Shown piece by piece: positions 9,977 through 18,928 of a DNA stretch of 64,000 bases. The notes under the pieces were generated by a model that was given only the letters and a program-made list of their open reading frames with translations, searched no databases and was not told where the DNA came from. Both the position numbers and the translations under genes were made by a program. Each line of letters starts with the position of its first letter. Position 1 is the stretch's first letter. This DNA comes from Candidatus Heimdallarchaeota archaeon (GTDB lineage Archaea > Asgardarchaeota > Heimdallarchaeia > Heimdallarchaeales > Heimdallarchaeaceae): NCBI GenBank assembly GCA_019057815.1, contig JAHLWR010000019.1, forward strand, positions 1 to 64,000, given 5' to 3'.

Positions 9977-9984
9977 TATTTAAA
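9977..9984 (-). promoter_or_regulatory. Archaeal TATA box for the putative ncRNA
   Basis: TTTAAATA beginning about 25 nt upstream of 9959. Confidence 0.5.
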
Positions 9985-10027
9985 GCTAACAAAATTTGTA
10001 CAAAAAAGTCTTCCATGAAATAGCATT

Positions 10028-10588
10028 TTATTTACTCATTTCTAGTTGATTAACTAGCCAAGTAAACGCTTCATAGACTCCTCGACCATTCAATGCACTA
10101 CAATCAAAAACAGTAAAAGTTCGATCTCTCATTTCTATGTGAAGTCCTAATAATTGAATTAGCAATGGAGCTTGAATTGCTTCTGGTAAATCTTGTTTGT
10201 TTGCTATAATCAATACTGGAATTTTTTCTAAATATGGATTGTTGAAGAGATGAGTTTTTAAAACATCTCTCGCTTCTGGAAGACGTTCAATATCCGCAGA
10301 GTCTATAACAAAGATAGCAGCAGAACTCCCCGCATAATGTATATCCCATAAAAATCTAAATTGGCTCTGACCTGCAACATCAACTATTGTTATACCCCAT
10401 CCTTCAAAATTAATTGTATCTATATTTTGACCAATAGTTGGTACAGATGGTTGATATTCTCTTGTCTTCACATATTTCATTAGAGTTGTTTTACCTGCTG
10501 AATCTAACCCTAAAACTAGTATTTTTGCTTTTTTTTCAGCTCTTAGTTTCTTTAGTAACCACTTAGAGAAGGATGAAATTGCACTCAT
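10028..10588 (-). CDS. Arf/Arl-like small GTPase with an N-terminal amphipathic helix
   Basis: GLDSAGKT, PTIG, DVAGQ, NKQD, CSAL; N-terminus SSFSKWLLKKL. Confidence 0.92.
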   Translation of the reverse strand: MSAISSFSKWLLKKLRAEKKAKILVLGLDSAGKTTLMKYVKTREYQPSVPTIGQNIDTINFEGWGITIVDVAGQSQFRFLWDIHYAGSSAAIFVIDSADIERLPEARDVLKTHLFNNPYLEKIPVLIIANKQDLPEAIQAPLLIQLLGLHIEMRDRTFTVFDCSALNGRGVYEAFTWLVNQLEMSK

Positions 10589-10784
10589 TAAGACACATTA
10601 TTAACTTCTATCAACCACTTGATAAATCTAATTCAACACACTATTTTTATTATTATTATTATTACACTTTTGATTCTGACAGCTTCAGTAATAACAATAA
10701 AACAGATGAACAATAACAAACATTGTTGTTAGTTTTTAATTTACCTTAAAGACTAAAATTTGAAAAAGAAGAAACATGAAAAAA

Positions 10785-12980
10785 TTATTGGTGTTTTTTC
10801 ACTAATTCAATCAACTCAGGAAAATCAATTCCCAATTCTTTGATTTTTTCAATTGTTGGAACACCACTATTTGTCCAACCACGTCTCTTATAGACTGCAT
10901 TCTTTAGTTTCTCGTATCTAGCTTCTCTTAATTTTCTTAGTTCTTTCATCTTTTCTTCAGTTGAAAGATTTTCTACATTAATTCTAGCTTCTTCTTTGAG
11001 TTGTTTCAGATAGTACTTGTCTTCTCTGGATAAGTATTCTTCTTCAGTAACAGGTCCCATTGCTCTATAAGGAATAGTATCTAAATCTCTGTATGTTACA
11101 CCTTCTGGTATTAAGAGTAAATTCATAGATCTTTGGAAATTGTAAACCCTTTCACTCATCTTGATGTAGTCAACCGAACTAATATTCTTTCCAGTGACAG
11201 CGTTATAATATTCTATATAGTTCAGAACATGCTCAGGGATTTTTGCTGGATCTGCTAAATCTTCTGGAACTTTCATACCATTTTTTTCTATTGCTCCTGT
11301 AGCAAATTCGCTATTATCTTCAGGTACTATGTCATTCCATGGTAATTTGCATAAACCTAAGAGACCGAATGATGTCCTCCACATTGGGAACCACCAGAGG
11401 GCATTAGCTTTTTGTTCAAATGTGGGCATGTTGTTACGTACCATATCTTCAAAAATTAGCCACGCTTCATCGTGTTGTGGACCTTTGAGGGCAAAACCAT
11501 ACCCACCTTGCTGAGCTAAACTTTCTTTGGTTATATATTCACTGAATTCCAGTCCTTTAGACTCCATTCCTATATCATGCACTAGTTTGATTTCTTCTTC
11601 GTTTAGACTATATTCCTTTGCGAAATATTCTTTCATCTTTCTGATACCTTTACCAACAATAGTTCCGAAACCTTCTCCTCTAGCTATCTGGTGAATAAGT
11701 TCTAATGCATCATCGTTGTTTCCCCAAGAGAGATCTAACCCTCCAGTTCTTTCATTGTTTAAAATACCATACTCGTATAGTTCCATACAGAAAGCTATAC
11801 CTGTTCCTATACTAATAGTATCAAGACCATAGGTGTCGCAGTAGAAGTTGGTTTCAATTATTCCATCTGGATCACTAACATACCAACTTGATCCACAACC
11901 TGCTATAGTTTCGTATTCTGGACCATCAACTGAAACTTTTTGTCCTTTATAGGGACCTGTTTTACACTCAAAATTGCTTACACCATGACTACAACCAACA
12001 GCACAGCCCTTCCAACAGGGGTCTGGTCCTTTATTGAAGCGTTTACGGTATGCTTCTTTACCAATTTTTTCATGCTCATCAAACCTACCATATTTGAAGT
12101 TCTTTGTTGGTAGTAAATCAAAATCGTGCATGATGGGTACAAGATGTACTGTCCCTATTGTTCTCATTTCATTTTGTTTTGAATCAAGCTCAACCATTTC
12201 TTTGGTGTGTTTTCTTCCGACTTCTTTTAAAGAATCTAAGTCATCAGGGTTGTTTCCTTGAGTTCTCACGTCTCGTTTCTTAATAACAATTGATTTTATG
12301 CGTTTATTCCTAAAGATTGTCCCTGTTCCCCCTCGACCAGCTTGTTTATATCTTACATATCCTCGTCTTGTGTCATACCAGCTAAAGTTCAGACATCCCC
12401 AGTAGGAGTTTTCGGCTCCCGGACCAGCAGATATTACAGAAACCTCTCTTTTATCACGTTCATCATCAGCGTATTTTTCTGTCATCAGAGTTCCAATCTT
12501 ATAAGTTTCTGATGGTATATCCTCTGCATCTTCAATTACAATCTTGCCTGATTCGCCATCGATGAAAATTGATATTTCTTTTTCTGATTTACCTTGAATT
12601 GCAATAGCATCAAAGCCTGCATATTTGATGAATGGACCAGCATAGCCACCAACATTACTATCAATTATTATTCCGGTAAGAGGAGAAATCGCAGTAACAA
12701 TACTTTTTCCAGAACCAGGGAAATTACTTGTTCCACCAAGAGGACCAGAAGCTATACATAAAACATTATCCGGATCATCCCAAGTAGTTTTCTTATCCTT
12801 TGGTAGATATTTCCACATAAGATACAAATCGAATCCCTTACCACCTGTAAATATCTCTTTCATTTTAGGAGTAACATCTTCAATTGTGATTTTCATCTTG
12901 TTAAGGTCAATGTAAAGTGTCTTACCCGCGTATCCTTTCGATAACTCAGGAACATCGTAATTAAATTCTAAAATAACCAT
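10785..12980 (-). CDS. Aldehyde:ferredoxin oxidoreductase family (W/Mo-pterin)
   Basis: SPLTG..DSNVGG, AGRGGTG, C-x2-G-C-x3-C (CWKGCAVGC), GPEYET, GLDTIS, RGW..GVPT; SD AGGTGA upstream. Confidence 0.9.
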   Translation of the reverse strand: MVILEFNYDVPELSKGYAGKTLYIDLNKMKITIEDVTPKMKEIFTGGKGFDLYLMWKYLPKDKKTTWDDPDNVLCIASGPLGGTSNFPGSGKSIVTAISPLTGIIIDSNVGGYAGPFIKYAGFDAIAIQGKSEKEISIFIDGESGKIVIEDAEDIPSETYKIGTLMTEKYADDERDKREVSVISAGPGAENSYWGCLNFSWYDTRRGYVRYKQAGRGGTGTIFRNKRIKSIVIKKRDVRTQGNNPDDLDSLKEVGRKHTKEMVELDSKQNEMRTIGTVHLVPIMHDFDLLPTKNFKYGRFDEHEKIGKEAYRKRFNKGPDPCWKGCAVGCSHGVSNFECKTGPYKGQKVSVDGPEYETIAGCGSSWYVSDPDGIIETNFYCDTYGLDTISIGTGIAFCMELYEYGILNNERTGGLDLSWGNNDDALELIHQIARGEGFGTIVGKGIRKMKEYFAKEYSLNEEEIKLVHDIGMESKGLEFSEYITKESLAQQGGYGFALKGPQHDEAWLIFEDMVRNNMPTFEQKANALWWFPMWRTSFGLLGLCKLPWNDIVPEDNSEFATGAIEKNGMKVPEDLADPAKIPEHVLNYIEYYNAVTGKNISSVDYIKMSERVYNFQRSMNLLLIPEGVTYRDLDTIPYRAMGPVTEEEYLSREDKYYLKQLKEEARINVENLSTEEKMKELRKLREARYEKLKNAVYKRRGWTNSGVPTIEKIKELGIDFPELIELVKKHQ

Positions 12981-13184
12981 AAAATCACCTAGTTGTGATT
13001 CGCTTAAATATATCGAATTTTAAGTTTATGCCAAGACACTCAAACAGTTTTAGCATTTTTCCTTAAATTACAACTTGTTAGAAAAATAGACTGTGTAAAG
13101 ATATTATATTAACAGAAAAAATTAATTAAAAAACCTTTTATTTAACTAGCTATAAAATCTATCAAAACGCTTAGAGGTAAGTAG

Positions 13185-15008
13185 ATGGGAAATATAAAAT
13201 TTTCAAAGAAGATAAAAATAGATAGTGCTTTACTAATAAATTCCTTTTTACTAGTAATGGTTTTTGGATTTCAATCACCCCTAACAGCAGATAATCAAAG
13301 AATCTATCCTGATTCTAACCTAATATCAGCTTATGTTCCTCACGATCCTATTCAGATTTCTAATAATGGAAATTTCACAGATTATGGATTCGGAGGAAGT
13401 GGAACAGAAATCGATCCTTACATAATTGAAAATATCGAAATCATTACAGAGGAAATTTCTGCGATAGAAATTTTTGATGTTACGGTATACTTTGTTATTC
13501 AACATTGCTACTTAGAGGCTGATTCTATCGGGATAAATATTGAAAACGCTGCTCAAGGGACTGTTATCGTTTTCAACAATACTTGTATGTATAATTTCCA
13601 ATATGGTATCCGTATAGAGGAGGCAGAAGAAACTACTATTTTAAACAATACAGTTGATGATAGTCATCGAGGAATTCATGTGTATCACGGAGAATATACT
13701 CTTATAGAAAATAATACCGTTATGAACTGTGACTATGGTTTAAATATAGTATATACAGATCCTATAACTATCAAGAATAATTTTCTTTATAATTGTGGTA
13801 TATATATTACAGCTGATGAATCTGATTACCCATTCTACATTTTAGAGAATAATTTCGTTAATGACAAGATTGTAGGATATTTTGTCAATATTAACAATGT
13901 GATTTTTGAAGATCCAATTTATGGACAATTAATCTTCGTTTCTTGTTCAGACATTACGATAAGAAATCAAGAGCTAAATAACGCTAAATTTGGTCTGATG
14001 TTCAGATACAGTGAGGATATACACATAATAAATAACATTTTTAAAGAAAATAATAATGCAATATCCCTTTATCTAACTATATCTGTTGAAATAATTAATA
14101 ATACTATTGAAGACAATAGTGGAGGAATGTTTATACAAAATTCAGATAATGTTATTATCAGAAACAATTACTTCTTCAATAACTACTATGCTAACAATAT
14201 ATTGTACTGTGATTCCCCTATTATAGAAAATAACCTTTACGTAGACAATACTAGAGGGATATTTTTCCAGTACACAGATAACGCAATAATCCAAAACAAC
14301 ACCTGTAGAAAGAATGAATACATTATAAATTCATACGGAATTTATTTACACAGTTCTGATAACGCAATAATTAAATTAAACACTATTGAAAACGCTATTA
14401 GATATGGTTTATCTCTTGCTAGTTCATCAGAAAACAATTTGGTTTTTCTCAACAGTTTTATCAATAATAATCCTTCTGGTCTTTCTCAAGCTTCAGATGA
14501 TGGGATTGATAATTTATGGTATTCTCCTTCATTGAATGTTGGTAATTACTGGGATGATTTACTAGGTTCAGAAAATTATACAATTGATGGTAGTGCTGAT
14601 TCTATAGATCTATTCCCTATAGAAGAAAATGATGTTCCTCCAGTTATCAATCATCCTGATAACGTTGAATATGAGGAAAATTCTGTTGGAAACACAATTA
14701 GCTGGGTAGTTTATGATTTAGATCCAAATACCTATATTATCTACTTAAATGGAACTGAAGCTGAACAAGGTTCATGGGTTTTTCTTAATGAACTAACTAT
14801 TAATATTGACTTCCTTTCAGTTGGAACATACAATTACACAATTGTACTTTTTGATACTAATGGAAATTTCATAACAAATACAGTAATCGTAAATGTAATC
14901 GCTACAATTGACGAGTTTAGTTTATTCAATGCTTTGCTCCCTACATTTATTCTTCTAATAGCTTTTGTACTGCTTCCTCTCTTACGAAAAAAGAAAGATA
15001 GATTGTAG
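13185..15008 (+). CDS. NosD/CASH parallel beta-helix surface protein with Ig-like domain and C-terminal anchor
   Basis: PHDPI..GSGT..DPYIIE cap, PbH1 repeats, YGQLIFV, GNYWDD, PPVINHP Ig-like domain, TM plus RKKK. Confidence 0.85.
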   Translation: MGNIKFSKKIKIDSALLINSFLLVMVFGFQSPLTADNQRIYPDSNLISAYVPHDPIQISNNGNFTDYGFGGSGTEIDPYIIENIEIITEEISAIEIFDVTVYFVIQHCYLEADSIGINIENAAQGTVIVFNNTCMYNFQYGIRIEEAEETTILNNTVDDSHRGIHVYHGEYTLIENNTVMNCDYGLNIVYTDPITIKNNFLYNCGIYITADESDYPFYILENNFVNDKIVGYFVNINNVIFEDPIYGQLIFVSCSDITIRNQELNNAKFGLMFRYSEDIHIINNIFKENNNAISLYLTISVEIINNTIEDNSGGMFIQNSDNVIIRNNYFFNNYYANNILYCDSPIIENNLYVDNTRGIFFQYTDNAIIQNNTCRKNEYIINSYGIYLHSSDNAIIKLNTIENAIRYGLSLASSSENNLVFLNSFINNNPSGLSQASDDGIDNLWYSPSLNVGNYWDDLLGSENYTIDGSADSIDLFPIEENDVPPVINHPDNVEYEENSVGNTISWVVYDLDPNTYIIYLNGTEAEQGSWVFLNELTINIDFLSVGTYNYTIVLFDTNGNFITNTVIVNVIATIDEFSLFNALLPTFILLIAFVLLPLLRKKKDRL

Positions 15009-15220
15009 AGAGTGAAGTAATACTTTTGTTCTTTTTTCTCTAAAATAATTTGTACCTTCTTTTTTGTATTTTTTATGGTTTTTACTGCAAAGTCTTTTCA
15101 TCTAATCCATAGTATTAGATCTATAGCTATTATTATACTATCAACTAATTTCCTAAGAATTTCTGATTTGATGAATTTCCCACTTTTCCTAAAACTCTCT
15201 TCATATTTTCACATTTTGGC

Positions 15221-15637
15221 TTAAAACTCATCGTGTCCTATTGGTTTTTCATTATCATCAAAAGATTGAATTTCTAGTGTATACCCCATCGGATCACTAT
15301 AAAATCCATTATAAATTTTGTATTTTTTGGTATATTCTGGAGTTCTGATTATGTTTATATCATTTTTAACTAAATAATTATGCCATTCATCAACTTCTTC
15401 TTTATTTTCTACAACCATAGTTAAACAAATTTTATTGGTATCTTGAATCATATTCTCTTCTTTAGTTTCACAGAATCCCCAGTAACCATATTTTCCAACT
15501 TGATAGATAATACAACCCCCTTGGTTCAGAGCTTGTGGAAGTTTAAGGACTTCATTATAGAATTCATTTGTTTTCTCTAAATTTGTTGTCCTCAAGAACA
15601 TTATTGGATATATTGGTTTAGCAAGCATGGTTTTCAA
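15221..15637 (-). CDS. VOC/glyoxalase family protein
   Basis: NLEKTNEFYNEVL...FYSDPMGYTLEI. Confidence 0.85.
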   Translation of the reverse strand: MKTMLAKPIYPIMFLRTTNLEKTNEFYNEVLKLPQALNQGGCIIYQVGKYGYWGFCETKEENMIQDTNKICLTMVVENKEEVDEWHNYLVKNDINIIRTPEYTKKYKIYNGFYSDPMGYTLEIQSFDDNEKPIGHDEF

Positions 15638-15681
15638 AAAAAGAAAGGTAATCTATACAAAAACTTTTGGTATAACTGTTA

Positions 15682-16764
15682 CTAATTGAAGAAAAGCTGG
15701 TCTTTAGTAAGATATGGGAACATTTTTGGCAGTATTTCTACTGCTGCTGAAAATGGTGAAACATCTCCAGTAAAGCTTTTTATCTCTTCTTGAAACTTGG
15801 TATAAAATTCTTCCACGAAAACTTTATGCGAGTTTCTGAAAAGACGCATATCTTTGTCTACAATCAATAAACCTGTTATATCTCCGTGAGTATGAGTTAA
15901 AATAGTTCTTCCTTCGAATTTTATTGAAAGTAGATTCTGATTTGGAGCTTGTGCTACATCACCTATTAAAGAAGTAAAAGCGGTTATCACTCCTCCAGCA
16001 AGCGTTTGATCCGTTTTCCTTTCATGATATTGGATATCTATCATAGTGGCGCCTGTCTTGTTGATTATGAATAGGCGATAAAATGACGCTGTTGTTGCAT
16101 AGACGAATGAAGGCCATATAATATAAATCATTAACAGACCTATTATCGATACTCCAAAACCTATTGCTCCATATATGTCGAAACTCTCCAATACGTGTTC
16201 AAGTATTTCTGTTATTGATACAACAAAACTTACCACAAACATAAGGAAAAACATCGATGTTGGAAGAGCAAATTTAGTTTTCCATGATTTGATAAATAAA
16301 ACAGCGCTTCCAACCATACAAAAAGTAAAGATGTATAATTGATAAGTATCAAAAATAATCATAAATAGCCAGTCGTTAACATGTGTTGCATTTTTGAGTA
16401 TTGAACCAGATATAGTCTCGACAGTATAAACTGTCAGAAAGGAAACTATAGTAGAAATGCTTACCCATAGATAAATTGTGCTCAATCCCATGAAATAAGA
16501 AATGTGCAAGAATAGTGATAATAATATTAGAGCGTAAGGTATAAAATGAATAAATGCGAGAGGATCTGTCTCAGAATTAAGATCTGTTAATTTGTAAACA
16601 AGAATTTCAATAATACTCTGTATCGCGCCAAAAACTAATGTCGACATTAACCAATGGTAACCTCTTATTCCTTTTCTATACCTTCTGTAAAGGAAAATAG
16701 AGAGAACTATAAGCATAAAACTCAGTTGAACAATCTTTATAATTAAATCAGTATCATTATCCAA
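15682..16764 (-). CDS. 7-TM membrane protein with C-terminal longin-like domain (paralogue of 6860..7996)
   Basis: Shared motifs IKIVQLS, HxIPYA, IYGAI, PxxVY, and longin tail LFIINKTG..LAGGVITAF..FYTKF..FTGDVSPF. Confidence 0.7.
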   Translation of the reverse strand: MDNDTDLIIKIVQLSFMLIVLSIFLYRRYRKGIRGYHWLMSTLVFGAIQSIIEILVYKLTDLNSETDPLAFIHFIPYALILLSLFLHISYFMGLSTIYLWVSISTIVSFLTVYTVETISGSILKNATHVNDWLFMIIFDTYQLYIFTFCMVGSAVLFIKSWKTKFALPTSMFFLMFVVSFVVSITEILEHVLESFDIYGAIGFGVSIIGLLMIYIIWPSFVYATTASFYRLFIINKTGATMIDIQYHERKTDQTLAGGVITAFTSLIGDVAQAPNQNLLSIKFEGRTILTHTHGDITGLLIVDKDMRLFRNSHKVFVEEFYTKFQEEIKSFTGDVSPFSAAVEILPKMFPYLTKDQLFFN

Positions 16765-16907
16765 TTGGGCTCAATGTAAGTCATTGAGACGCTTGATAAA
16801 GTTTTCGGGAATCTGTAGCTTAACAGTTCTTGATTAATTGAATAACTATCCTTGTTCAGATTTCAAGATTTAAAAGTTAACAGATAGTTTTATAAGGGAA
16901 TCTTTTT

Positions 16908-17238
16908 GTCGAAAGAAAAGTGCGACTTAGATTTGGTTAACAAGAGAAAAGGATAAAAAATGGAGTAAAAAAGGTTGAAACGGGAATATTGTGATAAAAG
17001 ATTTTGTCGAAGAAAAAGGTAGACAAAATTGTTGAATCATCAAAAAAAAAACTACTGAGTAATTTGAGAGTATAAAACAAGCTTTTGGTAATGTTGTCGT
17101 ATGTTTGATACGACTACTTATGTATCAGCCGTTAGTTTGAAACGACTTTGGATGTTAGTGCTTACGAAAAGGGTTAAGAAGAGAAACAAGAGCACTACTT
17201 TAAATAGGGGGGTAGATAAGTCGTATAACATACACTAC
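16908..17238. repeat. Array of five palindromic GTCG-N11-CGAC-type sites
   Basis: Copies at 16908 (perfect), 17006 (GTCG/AGAC), 17096 (perfect), 17128 (GCCG/CGAC) and 17220 (GTCG/CTAC). Confidence 0.7.
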
Positions 17239-17370
17239 TTAGAAGTTAACAGCAAATTGTACCACCAAACCTTGAAACTTTATCTGTTACACATTCTTTG
17301 TACCAATCTAATTATTGGTAGTCTATGGTATTTAAAGTGGGTTGGTTTTGATGAGTAGAATTATGTTTGT

Positions 17371-17625
17371 ATGGGAAATTTTTGTATTAGGAAGAAATCT
17401 TAAGACATCAGTAAAACAAATAAAACCAAAGAAGCTAATGATGTTAATGATCCAATATTAGTTCAAGAAACCAACAATGTGGTTGAATTTTATTTTTGTT
17501 CAGAGTGCGGAAATAAAACAAAAACAACCTCAAAATTTTGTTCTGAATGCGGTACAATGATATTAATAAAAAAATATAGTAAGTTAGTTCTATTATTTTT
17601 TAACAAGTTATTTATTACCTATTAA
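17371..17625 (+). pseudogene. Remnant of a protein with a C-terminal zinc ribbon
   Basis: Frame reads MGNFCIRKKS* DISK...FCSECGNKTKTTSKFCSECG..., with an in-frame TAA at 17401; absent from the ORF track. Confidence 0.55.
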
Positions 17626-17649
17626 GTACTTGAATTTCTACCTTATAAT

Positions 17650-18522
17650 TTAGTTTCTTTTAGAGGTTGTTATTATATCTAAATAATATCGTGAAAAAAG
17701 TACTTTTAGTCCTTTAGGTAAATAGGGATCAAATGGTTTTTTTGTGGATAATAGTTCACCATTCCATTTGAAAGTGTTAGGTTTGTAAAAAAAACTTTGT
17801 TTAGTCCATTCGACATATCCATTTCTGTAAACAAAACCTTGTTTATACGGATTATAAGGACAAAGATCATTATCAGCAAGAGCAATATGCTCTAAAGCTG
17901 GACATTTAGCTAAAGGGTATAAATCTATAGTTTTTAGTTTGTTACGTTGGATGTCAATTTCGGATAAACTTGAGCATCCTTCCAGAGGTTTTAAGTCTAT
18001 GGCTCGAAGTTTATTGTTATCAAGTCTGACATACCTGAAAGAGGTACTATCAGCAATAGAAGGTAAGGTAATTTTAGTTAGTTGGTTTTCTTCAAAAAAA
18101 ATTCCCAGTAAGTTTGGGCTGTTGCTTAAAGGAGTACAATCTACACAAGTCAGTTGATTCCAATTGAGAGAGATAATTTCTAGTGTAGGGTGATTTTCAA
18201 AAGGGCTTAAATTTATGTTTGTTAATTTATTTCTTGAAAGATCGATTTTTTTTAGTTTTGGGCATTTAGCTAAAGGAGCTAGACTTATACTTGTAATTTT
18301 ATTACCTGAGAGGTCAATCTCTTCCAAATTAGGACAGTTGGCTAAAGGTCGAAGATTGATACTTTTCAAGTGATTATAAGAGAGATTCAAAGTCATTAAT
18401 TTTTTACTCTCCTTAAAACCACTAAAATCGACTCTATCCAGTTGTTTGTCATTATAATCTACATGGTAAGGATTATATCCATACTCAAATCTTTCAACTC
18501 TTTTACCTTTTATTTTTGACAA
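17650..18522 (-). CDS. Leucine-rich repeat protein, cytoplasmic
   Basis: About 8 LxxIxLxxNxLxxIxLxPL repeats; no signal peptide or TM. Confidence 0.9.
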   Translation of the reverse strand: MSKIKGKRVERFEYGYNPYHVDYNDKQLDRVDFSGFKESKKLMTLNLSYNHLKSINLRPLANCPNLEEIDLSGNKITSISLAPLAKCPKLKKIDLSRNKLTNINLSPFENHPTLEIISLNWNQLTCVDCTPLSNSPNLLGIFFEENQLTKITLPSIADSTSFRYVRLDNNKLRAIDLKPLEGCSSLSEIDIQRNKLKTIDLYPLAKCPALEHIALADNDLCPYNPYKQGFVYRNGYVEWTKQSFFYKPNTFKWNGELLSTKKPFDPYLPKGLKVLFSRYYLDIITTSKRN

Positions 18523-18928
18523 TTTTAAATCATCCCTTTTATTTTTAATATAATATTAGTATTTTAAGATAAAAACCTATCTAAAAGTCCATCCAAGGAT
18601 TTTGTATTTTTGAATCTATAAATAATATCAATGAATCTATAGAATTTTTTTTAAGATAGTTTTGGATGTTATTATAATTTTCTAACTATTCTAGTCGGAA
18701 ATATCTTCTTATTGGTTTATTGTTTATCAAAATTATTTTAAAAGCGATATTGATTACTTAAGATTTTGATAGTATTAACATAAGAGATTCTCTTTCATAA
18801 TGTGTTCAAATAATTCAAAATATTGCCAGAAAGATGAGCCAATTATTAAACTATAATCAAAAAAGTACTAAGAAAAAAGAAAGAAAAGGTATAGATTAAG
18901 ATTAAAGATACTCATAGAGTGTTGTATG

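Noticed and set aside
16908-17238. Canonical archaeal replication origin (ORB elements)
   Set aside because: The sites do not match the ORB/mini-ORB consensus and no cdc6/orc1 gene is adjacent
17101-17358. 85-aa ORF
   Set aside because: Runs through the GTCG-N11-CGAC array with no protein-like features; at most its 3' end belongs to the neighbouring pseudogene
16765-18928. tRNA/att site and integrase expected for an integrated element
   Set aside because: No cloverleaf or T-loop motif and no recombinase or transposase ORF seen, so the island is not called as a confirmed mobile element
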